Shown here one piece after another: positions 21,497-34,789 of a DNA stretch of 64,000 nucleotides. Numbering within the stretch: position 1 is the stretch's first letter; each line of letters starts with the position of its first letter. The position numbers were made by a program, and so were the translations under genes. The notes under the pieces were generated by a model. It did no database searches. It saw only the letters and a list, made by a program, of their open reading frames with translations, and was not told the DNA's origin. This DNA comes from a virus. The stretch covers positions 1 to 64,000 of the IMG/VR virus record IMGVR_UViG_3300032213_001988; one strand, written 5' to 3'.

Positions 21497-24379
21497 ATGC
21501 CAGGTTTTATCGGCGGCAGTAGCGCAGGTTCAGGAGGCACCGGCGGAGAGATTTCCTTCCCAAAGGAGTTCATTGATCCGGTAACTAAGCTCCGCGTTTC
21601 CCAACCAGAAACGTTGATTGATACCGACTTCGAGTATGGTCTTCAGCCTACTAAGTGGGAAACCGTTGAGCTTATCAACAACACTCCATCTTTCTTTTCT
21701 AAGGGTGGCGACACAACCATACCTAACATCTCTGCAGTTGTTACAAACGCAGGTACACGCGAGATCACGGTAACAACAACAATTGAGCACGGCCTATCTG
21801 TTGGAATTCCAATCTCTGTAACAGGCACAAAGTCCGTCACCGCAGATGGCACCTATATTATTAACTCAATTCCAAATACAACGTCATTTACCTACCTATG
21901 TAAGGAAAATCAGCCAACCACTGCATCAATCGAGGATCTTTACACATCAATTATTACTGGTGAGTTTTTTCAAGGATCTCAGATTCGTATTGCTGCAACA
22001 GGTGGAATGGTTACAAACGCGTCAGCAACATCTACTATTACTGTAACTACCCCAAGCGCTCACGGCTTTAAGGTTAACACGCCGTTCTACTTCTTAAATC
22101 TAAACTCAACGGTTTCGCAGGTCTTTGACTCATCAAACTCAACAACAAAGTCATTTGACGCTTCAAACTCAGCTACCGCCCAGACCTTTGACGGATCAAA
22201 CACACTTAACTCGACAAACATTGACTTCTCAAACAGCGCGGTTGTTGGTGGAGCTACAAGCTCAATAACAGCAATAGATGCTGCAGCAGATACAATCAGC
22301 GTCTCGCATGGTACTGAAAACTTCCAAGGCAAGCCTATTGGAACACCTCTTTATTACAACGTTACAACTAGCTCAAATTACTTTGCAACAAATCCTCGTG
22401 GAGTTGTGTATCTTAAGACAAACACCACCTTAGGAACAATAAGCTCAACTTTTCAGGTGAGTGCACTCCCTGACGGAGATGTAATTGACATCACCGCAAA
22501 CATGACAGGCACCTTCCAGCTTGCAAATCAGGCTCGCACCTTCGCAGGAAACAACGTTGATCTTGTTACTGAGCAGACGATATCTATCGTGAACGATACA
22601 GCCAAGACATTTAACGGAACAAACACAGGAGGCCTTTACGGAACCTGTACCTCGTTTCCTGGAACCTCAACAGTTAACGTACTTAGCGGCTCTGGTCTTG
22701 CAGATCTTGCCTGGTATGAAGGCAGCATGGTTTTGTATACAACGACAGGAACCGCGCCGGCAGGTTTATCAAACAACACTACCTACTTTGTTACTAACTT
22801 CTTTCAACAAGGAACCTCAACTACATATTCATTCAGTCTAAAACCACTTCCAAATCAGTCACCGATTACCACCATCTCTGGTGGAACAGGCACTCATACC
22901 TTTACAGCAATTGGCGTATCGGTTGATCGAGACGTATTCCATATACAAAATCATGGATACGTGACAAATGACATGGTTAGATACAACTACCCTGCAGGTG
23001 GCAAGTTTGGTGTGGTTTCAATCGACCAGGACAAGGACTTCTACTTTGTCTCTCAGGTATATGACGCTCACAACTTTAATCTAAATCAGATTATTGGAGA
23101 GCTTACACCTTCAACAGACTCTCGCACAGGAACAAACGCAGGAACAGCAATCGCTCCTACCTCAGTTACAGCGATTGGATTTGGCGCAGGCCTTACATAC
23201 GCGGTGACGAGTGGAACTCTTCCTCCAGGTCTTTCTCTCAATGTATCAACAGGCGTTGTTTCTGGTACACCAAATGCTGCCTACAGTACTGCAAACGTTG
23301 TAATTACTGCAACCGACTCCGCAGGCACAACAGGCACACAGACTATTACGTTCCAGTTTAATCCTGCTCCAGAGATATACGCCTTTACTACCGCTACCTT
23401 TTCAACGCCTCTCACTGGTCGTTTCGGCCCTAGCGTTGCACAGATGAGAAGCAGCGTTGGAAGCCCAGCATGGGCCAATACATACTTGAATCAAGGTCGA
23501 GCAACCGGCTATCAGCTGTGGACTGTTCCAGCAACTGCAACATACGAAATTACAGCTGCTGGAGCAAGAGGTCAAATAAGTACAGCTAACAATCAAGGTA
23601 CTCCTTTGGGTGCGGTTGTTCGTGGAAGAGTTAGCTTAACTCAAGGGAGCACACTAGAAATAGTTGTTGGCCAGATGGCAAATAGCGGTGCTTCAGCTCC
23701 CGATTCTAATGCTGCTGGTGGCGGTGGAACATTCGTTTGTATTGGTAGCACAAATACTCCAGTGATGGTTGCCGGTGGCGGCGGTGGAAGTTATGCTGCA
23801 TGGGGTGGACAGCAATATCACAGCGGTCAAACTCGTCGCCGACCTATCTGGTCTGGAAGCTTAGCTCCAGCAAACAGCGGTGACGGAATAAACCCAGCTG
23901 ATGGTCAAGGTGGTCCTGGTTATCACGGCGGCGGCGGTGGTGGTCTTCTTAGCGGAGGTCAGGTGTACTCTGGTCGTTCACTTAGTGAGTCTGCTGGATC
24001 TTCTGACGGTAACCAACATCAATTTACTCAAGGCGCTGGGTTTAGCGGCTCAAATATCTTTGGAACTTTTTATGCAATCGGCGGTAACGCTAGCAGCTCT
24101 ACTAACGTTCTTGGTGGCTTTGGCGGTGGAGGCGGCGGTCACACAGGTAACAACACCGGTGGCGGTGGCGGTGGCTACTCTGGTGGTCCTGGCGGCTACA
24201 CCTCAGGTGGTGGAAACATCAACTCTGGTATTGGTGGAGGCTCATTTATTATTAGTTCAGCAACTAACGTAGGCACAAGCGACGGTCAATATGAAGGTTC
24301 TGGCACATTTAACGGTGTCGGAATTACAAACATTGGGTACCGCGACGGTACCGGCTACGTCACAATTACAAAGCTATAA
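21497..24379 (+). CDS. Large virion adhesin-like protein with putative Ig domain and C-terminal glycine-rich (ALK/LTK-GRD-like) domain
   Basis: KLRVSQPETLIDTDFEYG N-terminus; HG-type beta repeats; VTSGTLPPGLSLNVSTGVVSGTP (putative Ig); GYQLWTVP...GARG...GGGGTFV...VAGGGGG. Confidence 0.7.
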   Translation: MPGFIGGSSAGSGGTGGEISFPKEFIDPVTKLRVSQPETLIDTDFEYGLQPTKWETVELINNTPSFFSKGGDTTIPNISAVVTNAGTREITVTTTIEHGLSVGIPISVTGTKSVTADGTYIINSIPNTTSFTYLCKENQPTTASIEDLYTSIITGEFFQGSQIRIAATGGMVTNASATSTITVTTPSAHGFKVNTPFYFLNLNSTVSQVFDSSNSTTKSFDASNSATAQTFDGSNTLNSTNIDFSNSAVVGGATSSITAIDAAADTISVSHGTENFQGKPIGTPLYYNVTTSSNYFATNPRGVVYLKTNTTLGTISSTFQVSALPDGDVIDITANMTGTFQLANQARTFAGNNVDLVTEQTISIVNDTAKTFNGTNTGGLYGTCTSFPGTSTVNVLSGSGLADLAWYEGSMVLYTTTGTAPAGLSNNTTYFVTNFFQQGTSTTYSFSLKPLPNQSPITTISGGTGTHTFTAIGVSVDRDVFHIQNHGYVTNDMVRYNYPAGGKFGVVSIDQDKDFYFVSQVYDAHNFNLNQIIGELTPSTDSRTGTNAGTAIAPTSVTAIGFGAGLTYAVTSGTLPPGLSLNVSTGVVSGTPNAAYSTANVVITATDSAGTTGTQTITFQFNPAPEIYAFTTATFSTPLTGRFGPSVAQMRSSVGSPAWANTYLNQGRATGYQLWTVPATATYEITAAGARGQISTANNQGTPLGAVVRGRVSLTQGSTLEIVVGQMANSGASAPDSNAAGGGGTFVCIGSTNTPVMVAGGGGGSYAAWGGQQYHSGQTRRRPIWSGSLAPANSGDGINPADGQGGPGYHGGGGGGLLSGGQVYSGRSLSESAGSSDGNQHQFTQGAGFSGSNIFGTFYAIGGNASSSTNVLGGFGGGGGGHTGNNTGGGGGGYSGGPGGYTSGGGNINSGIGGGSFIISSATNVGTSDGQYEGSGTFNGVGITNIGYRDGTGYVTITKL

Positions 24380-24390
24380 GGAGAACATAG

Positions 24391-27300
24391 ATGCCAATTA
24401 ACGTAACATCCGTAGGTGCTGCAGGTACCCACTCCTTCGCTAAGACAAACGTCAACACCGCAGAGGACTACATCTTCTACAAGAACACCGGCGGAGACAC
24501 AATCCCAGCTGCCTACTCTACAGGACGAACCTTTATCTACTCTGCAGGCGCAGGAACTATTACCGGGCTAACAACTGGAGATCTTGTCTATGTAATTGCG
24601 TCAGGAAACGTGCGTCAACTTAAGTTTAGCTTTTCATCTGGTGGTGCAGCGATTAACTTCACAGGCGCAACCGCAGGATCAATTAAGTTCAACACACCAA
24701 CGATCTATGACAACAAGCTTAACATTGACGGCTCGTTCACAAATAACCAGGCGGTAAAGTACTACACCACTGGAACTCCGATGACAGGTCTTGTCAGCGG
24801 AAACACATACTTTTTACGCAACGTTTCAATCTCCTCCTTCGCAGGAGCGCAGGCACTTTACACTCTTACATCAAACACACATACATTTACATCAGGTGGT
24901 GTCACCGGACGCGTAGGCCCAGATCTTGCTACACTACGAGCATCATACACAACTGCAGCAGCGTGGCGCGACACATATCTGCAGCAGGGTAGCTTTCAAG
25001 GATACCAGGACTGGACAGTTCCGGTTTCAGGAATCTACGAGTTTGACGCGCGAGGAGCCTCGGGCTTTGACGGTGCAGGCGCAGGTGGCGTTGGCCGCGG
25101 TGCGATAGTTAAGGGACGCGTATCTCTTACAAAGGGTGAGATCATCACCATCGTGTGCGGTCAGACTGGAGTAGCACCAACCTCTGGAGCTGCAGGTGGC
25201 TCAGGCGGCGGAACATTCGTTGTTCGTAAGGCTGGAAACGTGCCGTTGTTCGTTGCAGGCGGAGGCTCTGCTGAGTCTGGTTCAGGCGCTGGACGTGACG
25301 GAGTCACAACAAACCTTGGAGGAACTTCAACTGCAGGAATTGCTGCCGGTGGTCAGTCAGGATTTGGTGGACGTTCAACTAACGGATACTCAGCAGGCGG
25401 TGCAGGATTTAATGGCGCTGGACAAGATGGTTTTTCTGGCAGCGGAGCCAACGCCGGTATTCAACTAGGTGGAGGAACATACGCAACGGGGCTATTCCAC
25501 AACGCAAACGCTCGTGTTGGTGGCTTTGGTGGCTTTGGTGGAGCAGGACAGTCAGACGGAACTGCATCAGTTCAATCAGGCGGAGCCGGTGGATACTCAG
25601 GCGGCGGTGGAGCTCGTACAACTAATGCCAACCAGTCAGGCGGCGGCGGCGGATCGTTTATTACAGCAGAGGCAAACACCATCTCAACATCAGACGGTCT
25701 ATATAACACATCATCTTCATTTAACGGTGTTGCAATCACAAACCTTGCTGCGTACAACACTGGAAACGGTACAGTTATTATGACACTAGTCTCTTCATTT
25801 ACCGCTGGTAACGAGTTGTACCCAACTGCTCTTGACGCAGAAAACGGCACAAACAAGATTCTAATTGCGTCTGCTGGAAACTCCTACCACGCGCTTACGC
25901 CGATCTCTCTTGACGCGCAAAATGATACTATTCATACTGCTGCAGGACACGGTCTTTCAAACGGACAGGCTGTTACATACTTCTTTAACGGAACTGTGCC
26001 TGCAGGTATAGCAAACAACACTACCTATTACATTAACACTGTAAACAACTATACATATCGAATTAGCACGACGCCTAGCAGCCCATCTTTTACAACAATC
26101 AACCTTACTACTCCGTCATCTCGCTCGACTGCAACATCAGACGTTGTGCGCGGTGTTGTTGTTAACACTGCACTTGACACGCTTACAATTAACAACCACG
26201 GTTTCCAGGTAGATCAGCCTATTCAGTATGATGCTGGCGGTGGAACTCCAATTGCGCCTCTACAGGATCAAACAACCTACTTCGTGCAGGAGGTTATTGA
26301 TGCGAACAACATTCGTCTCAAGATCTCACTGAACGCCTTAACATACATCAACTTTACCGCAGCTGGCACATCGACAACAAACAGCTTTATCTTCGTTACT
26401 GTCAACCTTCTTAACGATGAGTTATACCTGCCTAACCACGGTCTCTCAACCGGACAGGCTGTTAAGTACTCAAACGGCGGCGGAACAACAGTTGGCGGCC
26501 TAACCCACAACTCAACGTATTTTGTTATCAAGAGAGATAACAGCATTATCCGTCTAGCTTCCACTGCTGCAAACGCTGCAGTAGGAACAGCGGTTAACTT
26601 AACCGCAGTGGGAACTGGAACACAGACTCTTACCGTTACCTCACTTGACTTTACAACAGATACTATTACAATTCCGGGACACGGTTTCCTACAGGGTGAG
26701 CTAGTTCAGTATGACTCACAGGGACAGACTGTTATCAACGGTCTTACAACCGCAACTCCTTACTACGTCATCTTTGTTAACGGCGATAACATCAAGCTTG
26801 CCACAACTCCCGAGAATGCTACAGCAGGAACAGCGGTTAATCTCATTGCATCTCCTGCAGGAGTTGGAACTCATAAGATAACGTCTCTTAGCAAGACTCC
26901 TGATGGAACATACGAGATTGCGACCGTACCAAGTGCAACGTCATTTACTGCAATCGCGCGAGGAACAGTTCCTACAATCGTAAAGACCTTTAACCCACGC
27001 TCAACTGTGGATCCTAATCTCGAGACATTTAAGATTCCATCGCACGGTTTCTTAACTGGAACCGCGGTAACGTACTCTCGTGGCGGAGATACTGCAATCT
27101 TAGGACTAACACACAACACCGTCTACTATGTAGTTGCGGTAAACCGTGACTACATAAAGCTTGCAACAAGTGCCTCTGACGCCGAGTCTGGCATCACACT
27201 TAGCGTTTCTGACTTTGGTACAGGTGCGACTCACTCCTTTACAACATCTCAAATTAACGGAAACGTTACTGGTGGCGGAAACGTAACAATTGCCTCAGGC

Positions 27301-30231
27301 TCGGTTCTTGTTAACGGCTCAGGTACCTCGTTCTCTAAGGTTCTTAAGGTAGGAGACCAATTTAGACTGTTCCCACCTAACACCACGATTTCAAAGAACT
27401 TTGCCCCAACGGACGTTAACACAACAAACAACCGCATTACAATTGCGTCACATGGGTTTACCACAGGAGATGCCGTTGTGTTCTCAGCGGGCGGCGGAGT
27501 AGCGCCTAGCCCACTGATTGACCTTTACTATTACTTTGTCCGCGCAGTCTCAGCATCTGAAATCACCCTACACGGGTCACAAGCAGATGCTACCGGTAAC
27601 ACAAGCGTTGTAGCATTCTCAACTCAAGGAACAGCAGGAGCTACGCCGTTTAACCTAACAAAAACAACTCCACTTTCTCCGATCATTCGTAAGATCACCG
27701 CCATTGGGTCTGATACTCAGCTCTCTGTAGATCGTCCTTACTCAGCTGCGTACACCGCACAGTCATATTCGTATCCAACGTTTATCTACGTGCGCCCTCA
27801 AGGGTACGCGCTTCACCGCCCGTTTGACGGCGGAGTTGAGATGTCGACAGGCGCAAACATCTCGCTTGGCGTTATCGTTCGTCAGACACGTAAGTACTTC
27901 CGCTACCAGTCAGGTAAGGGTATTCAGACCTCCTGCGGTATTAACTTCCAGCCATCAATTGATATTGACAGCATGGTGAGAACTACTTCTACAACAGTAA
28001 CAGTAACTACACGTCGTCCTCACGGACTTATCTCAGGTTTGTTCGTTCGCATCTCCCAGGCTGAGGACTCCTTTGGAGTCACCAGCCAGGTATACAACGG
28101 CGATTTCCAGGTAACTGTTCCTGCAGGATCTCTTACAACGTTTACAATTAACCGCGTAGCACAGGTTGGCGCGGAGGCTAGGGCATATGGCTTCCCACAG
28201 TTCTACGTTCGTGAGTGGACCGGTGGAGCTGTTCGTTCAGGTATGTTTGACTTCCAGAACGGTATGTTCTACGAGTTTGATGGACAAAAGATCTACGCAT
28301 GCCGTCGCTCATCAACGCAACAGATGGCTGGAACAATCTCAGCACTTCAAGGCTCAGAGGTTGTATTCGGAACAGGAACAAACTTTACAGGACAAGTTCA
28401 CGTTGGAGACTACATCGTTCTACGTGGACAAAGTTACCGCGTAGCTGAGATTACCTCCGACACTCAGATGTCAATTCGTCCAGAGTACAAGGGTGCTTCT
28501 GGAACTGAGAGGGAGTTTAACCCTGCAACAGTTGTTAACACAACAACGAACTTGTTCTCAATCGTAAGTCATGGCTTCTCTCAAAACTTGCCACTTGTCT
28601 ACAACTCAATTGACGGTGAGCCTATCGGTGGTCTTATCAACGGTAGAGCATACTACTGTGACATCATTGATAACAACTCGTTTAAGCTAATGGCAAACCC
28701 AAATACATCTGGCACAAACGTAGATCTTTCAAGCGTAGGAACAACAACTGTTCACTCGTTTACACCTGCTAAGTCAGGCATCATTGCAACACTTACAGTG
28801 GACGTAAAGGTTCCGCAAGAAGACTGGAACATCGATCCTTGCGATGGAACAGGCATAACTGGATACAATCTAAACCTTGCAAGAATTCAGATGGCGTACA
28901 TCGATTACTCTTGGTACGGTGCTGGTAAGATTCGCTTTGGATTTAAGGATGGCGAAGGTATAGTCAAGTACGTTCATGAGTTTGTTCACAATAACATTCT
29001 TTACGAGTCATACCTGCGCTCTGGTAACCTTCCAGCACGCTATGAGGTTGTCACCTATGACAGCCCGACATATATTCCGTATCTGTTCCACTGGGGTACC
29101 TCTGTCATCATGGACGGCCGATATGACTCCGACCGTGCGTACTTGTTTACTGCAACAGGCCAGACGCTTAACGTCCCTGGAACAACCCGCAAGACATTCG
29201 CGTCTACTGGAATCAATCTTGCAACTGACCTTCTAACAGTTCAGACTCACGGTTTTAACAACGGTGACATCGTGCAGTTCCAGTCAATTGCTGCAACAGG
29301 TGCAAGAGGCGCTAACGCGCAAAACCCTGCAACATCAGTTGTTGGGTCAAACACACTTGCTAACCTAACAAACAATACATCATACAAGATTCTTGTAAAC
29401 TCTGTCAACCTGATACACTTACTTCCAGTTAGTGCAACGATTAGCCTAGGAGCAACTCAGGCTATCACCAGCGCACAAAGCGGCAATACCGTAACGATTA
29501 CAACAGCTAATCCTCACGGAATAACAACTGGTATGCCTGTTGGTTCATACTTTGGTCGCGTGCCTACCGGAGTGTACACAGCTACTAGAGTTAGTGATAC
29601 AGTATTTACCTACCAAGCAACTACCTCAGCTACAGTCGCATCCGCGGCTGACCCTAACATTGCAGTCACCGAGGTTATTAACCTTACCTCACAAGGAAGT
29701 ACACAGTTTACATACTTCCTGTTCCCAGACGGATCTGTAAACAACACATCTGGTCCAAACTATCAACCGCTGCTTTCAATTCGCCTCTCTCCATCAGTGT
29801 CCTCCGGTCTAACCGGCAAGCTTGGTGATCGAGATGTTATCAACCGCATGCAGTTACGTCTACAGGAAATTGGTATCTCATCTACACAGTTGGTTGACGT
29901 TAAGCTACTTCTTAACGCTCGTCTTAACAACCTTAACTTCGTAGGTGTAACAGCACCTTCCCTCTGTCAGATCGTTGAGCACACCGCGGCAGACACCGTC
30001 TCCGGTGGCGTTCAGGTCTACAACTTCCGCGCGTCTGGTGGTTCAGCTGCTGGTGTTGAAGGAACAACAAGTGTTAATATCGACGAGTTGTTTGAACTTT
30101 CAAACTCAATCCTCGGTGGAGACAGCGTTTTCCCTGACGGACCTGATATTTTAACCGTTGCCGTTTCACGTTTAGTAGGCGGTACCACGCTCACATCAGC
30201 TAAGTTATCATGGACTGAAGCACAGGCTTAG
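24391..30231 (+). CDS. Giant virion protein (1946 aa) with glycine-rich domain and many HG beta repeats
   Basis: GYQDWTVP...GASG...GGGGTFV...VAGGG domain; repeated (N/G)HG(F/L)..G..V.Y...G units; Thr-rich. Confidence 0.75.
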   Translation: MPINVTSVGAAGTHSFAKTNVNTAEDYIFYKNTGGDTIPAAYSTGRTFIYSAGAGTITGLTTGDLVYVIASGNVRQLKFSFSSGGAAINFTGATAGSIKFNTPTIYDNKLNIDGSFTNNQAVKYYTTGTPMTGLVSGNTYFLRNVSISSFAGAQALYTLTSNTHTFTSGGVTGRVGPDLATLRASYTTAAAWRDTYLQQGSFQGYQDWTVPVSGIYEFDARGASGFDGAGAGGVGRGAIVKGRVSLTKGEIITIVCGQTGVAPTSGAAGGSGGGTFVVRKAGNVPLFVAGGGSAESGSGAGRDGVTTNLGGTSTAGIAAGGQSGFGGRSTNGYSAGGAGFNGAGQDGFSGSGANAGIQLGGGTYATGLFHNANARVGGFGGFGGAGQSDGTASVQSGGAGGYSGGGGARTTNANQSGGGGGSFITAEANTISTSDGLYNTSSSFNGVAITNLAAYNTGNGTVIMTLVSSFTAGNELYPTALDAENGTNKILIASAGNSYHALTPISLDAQNDTIHTAAGHGLSNGQAVTYFFNGTVPAGIANNTTYYINTVNNYTYRISTTPSSPSFTTINLTTPSSRSTATSDVVRGVVVNTALDTLTINNHGFQVDQPIQYDAGGGTPIAPLQDQTTYFVQEVIDANNIRLKISLNALTYINFTAAGTSTTNSFIFVTVNLLNDELYLPNHGLSTGQAVKYSNGGGTTVGGLTHNSTYFVIKRDNSIIRLASTAANAAVGTAVNLTAVGTGTQTLTVTSLDFTTDTITIPGHGFLQGELVQYDSQGQTVINGLTTATPYYVIFVNGDNIKLATTPENATAGTAVNLIASPAGVGTHKITSLSKTPDGTYEIATVPSATSFTAIARGTVPTIVKTFNPRSTVDPNLETFKIPSHGFLTGTAVTYSRGGDTAILGLTHNTVYYVVAVNRDYIKLATSASDAESGITLSVSDFGTGATHSFTTSQINGNVTGGGNVTIASGSVLVNGSGTSFSKVLKVGDQFRLFPPNTTISKNFAPTDVNTTNNRITIASHGFTTGDAVVFSAGGGVAPSPLIDLYYYFVRAVSASEITLHGSQADATGNTSVVAFSTQGTAGATPFNLTKTTPLSPIIRKITAIGSDTQLSVDRPYSAAYTAQSYSYPTFIYVRPQGYALHRPFDGGVEMSTGANISLGVIVRQTRKYFRYQSGKGIQTSCGINFQPSIDIDSMVRTTSTTVTVTTRRPHGLISGLFVRISQAEDSFGVTSQVYNGDFQVTVPAGSLTTFTINRVAQVGAEARAYGFPQFYVREWTGGAVRSGMFDFQNGMFYEFDGQKIYACRRSSTQQMAGTISALQGSEVVFGTGTNFTGQVHVGDYIVLRGQSYRVAEITSDTQMSIRPEYKGASGTEREFNPATVVNTTTNLFSIVSHGFSQNLPLVYNSIDGEPIGGLINGRAYYCDIIDNNSFKLMANPNTSGTNVDLSSVGTTTVHSFTPAKSGIIATLTVDVKVPQEDWNIDPCDGTGITGYNLNLARIQMAYIDYSWYGAGKIRFGFKDGEGIVKYVHEFVHNNILYESYLRSGNLPARYEVVTYDSPTYIPYLFHWGTSVIMDGRYDSDRAYLFTATGQTLNVPGTTRKTFASTGINLATDLLTVQTHGFNNGDIVQFQSIAATGARGANAQNPATSVVGSNTLANLTNNTSYKILVNSVNLIHLLPVSATISLGATQAITSAQSGNTVTITTANPHGITTGMPVGSYFGRVPTGVYTATRVSDTVFTYQATTSATVASAADPNIAVTEVINLTSQGSTQFTYFLFPDGSVNNTSGPNYQPLLSIRLSPSVSSGLTGKLGDRDVINRMQLRLQEIGISSTQLVDVKLLLNARLNNLNFVGVTAPSLCQIVEHTAADTVSGGVQVYNFRASGGSAAGVEGTTSVNIDELFELSNSILGGDSVFPDGPDILTVAVSRLVGGTTLTSAKLSWTEAQA

Positions 30232-30240
30232 GAGAAAACA

Positions 30241-32950
<2,710 letters not shown>

Positions 32951-32954
<4 letters not shown>

Positions 32955-33190
32955 TAATGGAAACCGTAGGAAACTGGCAGTGGCACGCTGAGGAAAGCGA
33001 AAATGCTCCTCTACTTAACCTAACAATTAGAAGTATCTCAGACAACAAGACGATTCGTATCTCTGACGTCGTTTGGGCAACCGGCCGCGAGGACTTTCTT
33101 GAAGGTGTCTACAACACCGCAGTTGAGACCTTAGATGGAGCAGATCACTGTTGCTATGAAGGAAAGGTCACTTTAGTACCTAATACGTGA
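32951..33190 (+). CDS. Hypothetical protein
   Basis: 79-aa ORF coupled (ATGA overlap) to the upstream gene. Confidence 0.6.
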
Positions 33191-33230
33191 TAAGATAACT
33201 GCGTAGCGACGAACAACAGGGAGAGAAAAA

Positions 33231-34307
33231 ATGAAGGTAGCTATCTACACAATCGCGCTTAATGAACTTCAATTTGTACAGCCTTGGTATGACTCCGCAA
33301 AGGAGGCAGACTACCTTCTAATAGCGGACACAGGTTCAACTGATGGCACAATCGAGGCAGCGCAGAAGCTAGGAATTAACGTAATAAACGTTCTTGTAAA
33401 GCCTTGGCGTTTTGATATGGGCCGCAATGCGTCTCTTGCAGCGTTACCAGCTGATATTGACTACTGCATCGCACTTGACATGGACGAGGTACTTTTACCA
33501 GGTTGGCGTGAAGAGCTTGAAAAAGCGCACGCAGAAGGTTGGACTCGTCCACGCTACGAGTACACATGGTCATGGAACGAAGATGGGACACCTGGTCTGG
33601 TCTACGGCGGAGATAAGATTCATAAGCGTTTTGGATATCGCTGGAAGCATCCCGTTCATGAGGTCTTGATGACATACGGAGATACTCACGAAACACAGGG
33701 CTGGACAGGATTAAAGATTCATCACCACGCAGACAACACTAAGCCACGTAGTCAGTATCTTCCACTGTTAAAGTTTGCAGTTGAGGAAGACCTAAGTGAT
33801 GACCGCAACGCATTTTACTACGCACGCGAGCTATATTTTTACGGACGTAACGAGGAAGCTGCAGTTGAGTTTAAGCGTCACCTTGCACTACCTCGCGCAA
33901 CATGGCCGCCAGAGCGTGCTGCGTCAATGCGCTATCTTTCAAAGATTGAAACTGATAAGACAGAGTACTGGGCAAACCGTGCAGTTGAAGAAGCGCCTGG
34001 TCGCCGCGAGCCACTAGTGGATCTATCAAAGTACTATTACGAAACATCAAATTGGACAAAGTGCCTTGATTACGCGCAGGCTGCACTAGATATTAAGGAG
34101 CGTCCTCTTGAGTATCTTTGTGAAGACGAGGCTTGGGGATACACTCCACATGACATGCTTTCAATAGCAGCATATCATCTAGGAAAGTTTGATCTTGCTG
34201 CAGAGCACGGAAATCTAGCTCTTCAGTTAGCTCCAGCAGGTGAAAAGTCTAGGATTTCTTCAAATCTTTCTTTTTACGTTTCTTCTCTAGACGCTCCTTC
34301 TTCTTAG
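33231..34307 (+). CDS. GT2 (GT-A) glycosyltransferase with TPR-like C-terminus
   Basis: VAIYTIALNE...IADTGSTDGT...RFDMGRN...IALDMDE (DxD)...VHE; helical repeat C-terminus. Confidence 0.88.
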   Translation: MKVAIYTIALNELQFVQPWYDSAKEADYLLIADTGSTDGTIEAAQKLGINVINVLVKPWRFDMGRNASLAALPADIDYCIALDMDEVLLPGWREELEKAHAEGWTRPRYEYTWSWNEDGTPGLVYGGDKIHKRFGYRWKHPVHEVLMTYGDTHETQGWTGLKIHHHADNTKPRSQYLPLLKFAVEEDLSDDRNAFYYARELYFYGRNEEAAVEFKRHLALPRATWPPERAASMRYLSKIETDKTEYWANRAVEEAPGRREPLVDLSKYYYETSNWTKCLDYAQAALDIKERPLEYLCEDEAWGYTPHDMLSIAAYHLGKFDLAAEHGNLALQLAPAGEKSRISSNLSFYVSSLDAPSS

Positions 34308-34788
34308 CCTTTTCACGAGCTTGGCGTTCTAGCTTTTCGTTACGCTCAACGTGATATGCATCTACCGCGTTTGCACTTGTTCGTGAGCGCCAGGTAAAAT
34401 CACAGGCAGTGCAGTGAACTAATCTCATTGTTGCCCAGCGTCCACCGTTAGGCGTATCAACAACTAGTGTTTCTAGCTTATTAGGACGAGCTGTGCAATG
34501 AGGACATTGAGGGTATCGTTGACGACGGGATTCCTGACCGTTCCATGAAACGCTAAGCGCACGACGTATTTCACCTTCATCTTTTCCTCCCCAGATTCCC
34601 CAGATCTGCCGATGCTCTAGTGCCCACTTTAAACAGTCCTGTCGTGCAGGACACAAAAAGCAAAGGTTCTTTGCCTGGTACTTTTCAGTAGGCTCAGTTG
34701 AAAAGAAGTAATCACGAAGTTTCTCATTCTGCGGCAGTGCGCAAATCGCTTCTTTTTGCCAACTTAGATCTGTGGTTGCTCTGCTCAA
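34249..34788 (-). CDS. whiB: WhiB-family Fe-S transcription factor with C-terminal Zn-ribbon-like extension
   Basis: WQKEAIC...AKNLCFLCPARQDCL...GIWGG; followed by CPHC...CTAC and a Lys-rich tail. Confidence 0.88.
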   Translation of the reverse strand: MSRATTDLSWQKEAICALPQNEKLRDYFFSTEPTEKYQAKNLCFLCPARQDCLKWALEHRQIWGIWGGKDEGEIRRALSVSWNGQESRRQRYPQCPHCTARPNKLETLVVDTPNGGRWATMRLVHCTACDFTWRSRTSANAVDAYHVERNEKLERQAREKAKKKERLEKKRKKKDLKKS

Positions 34789-34789
34789 C

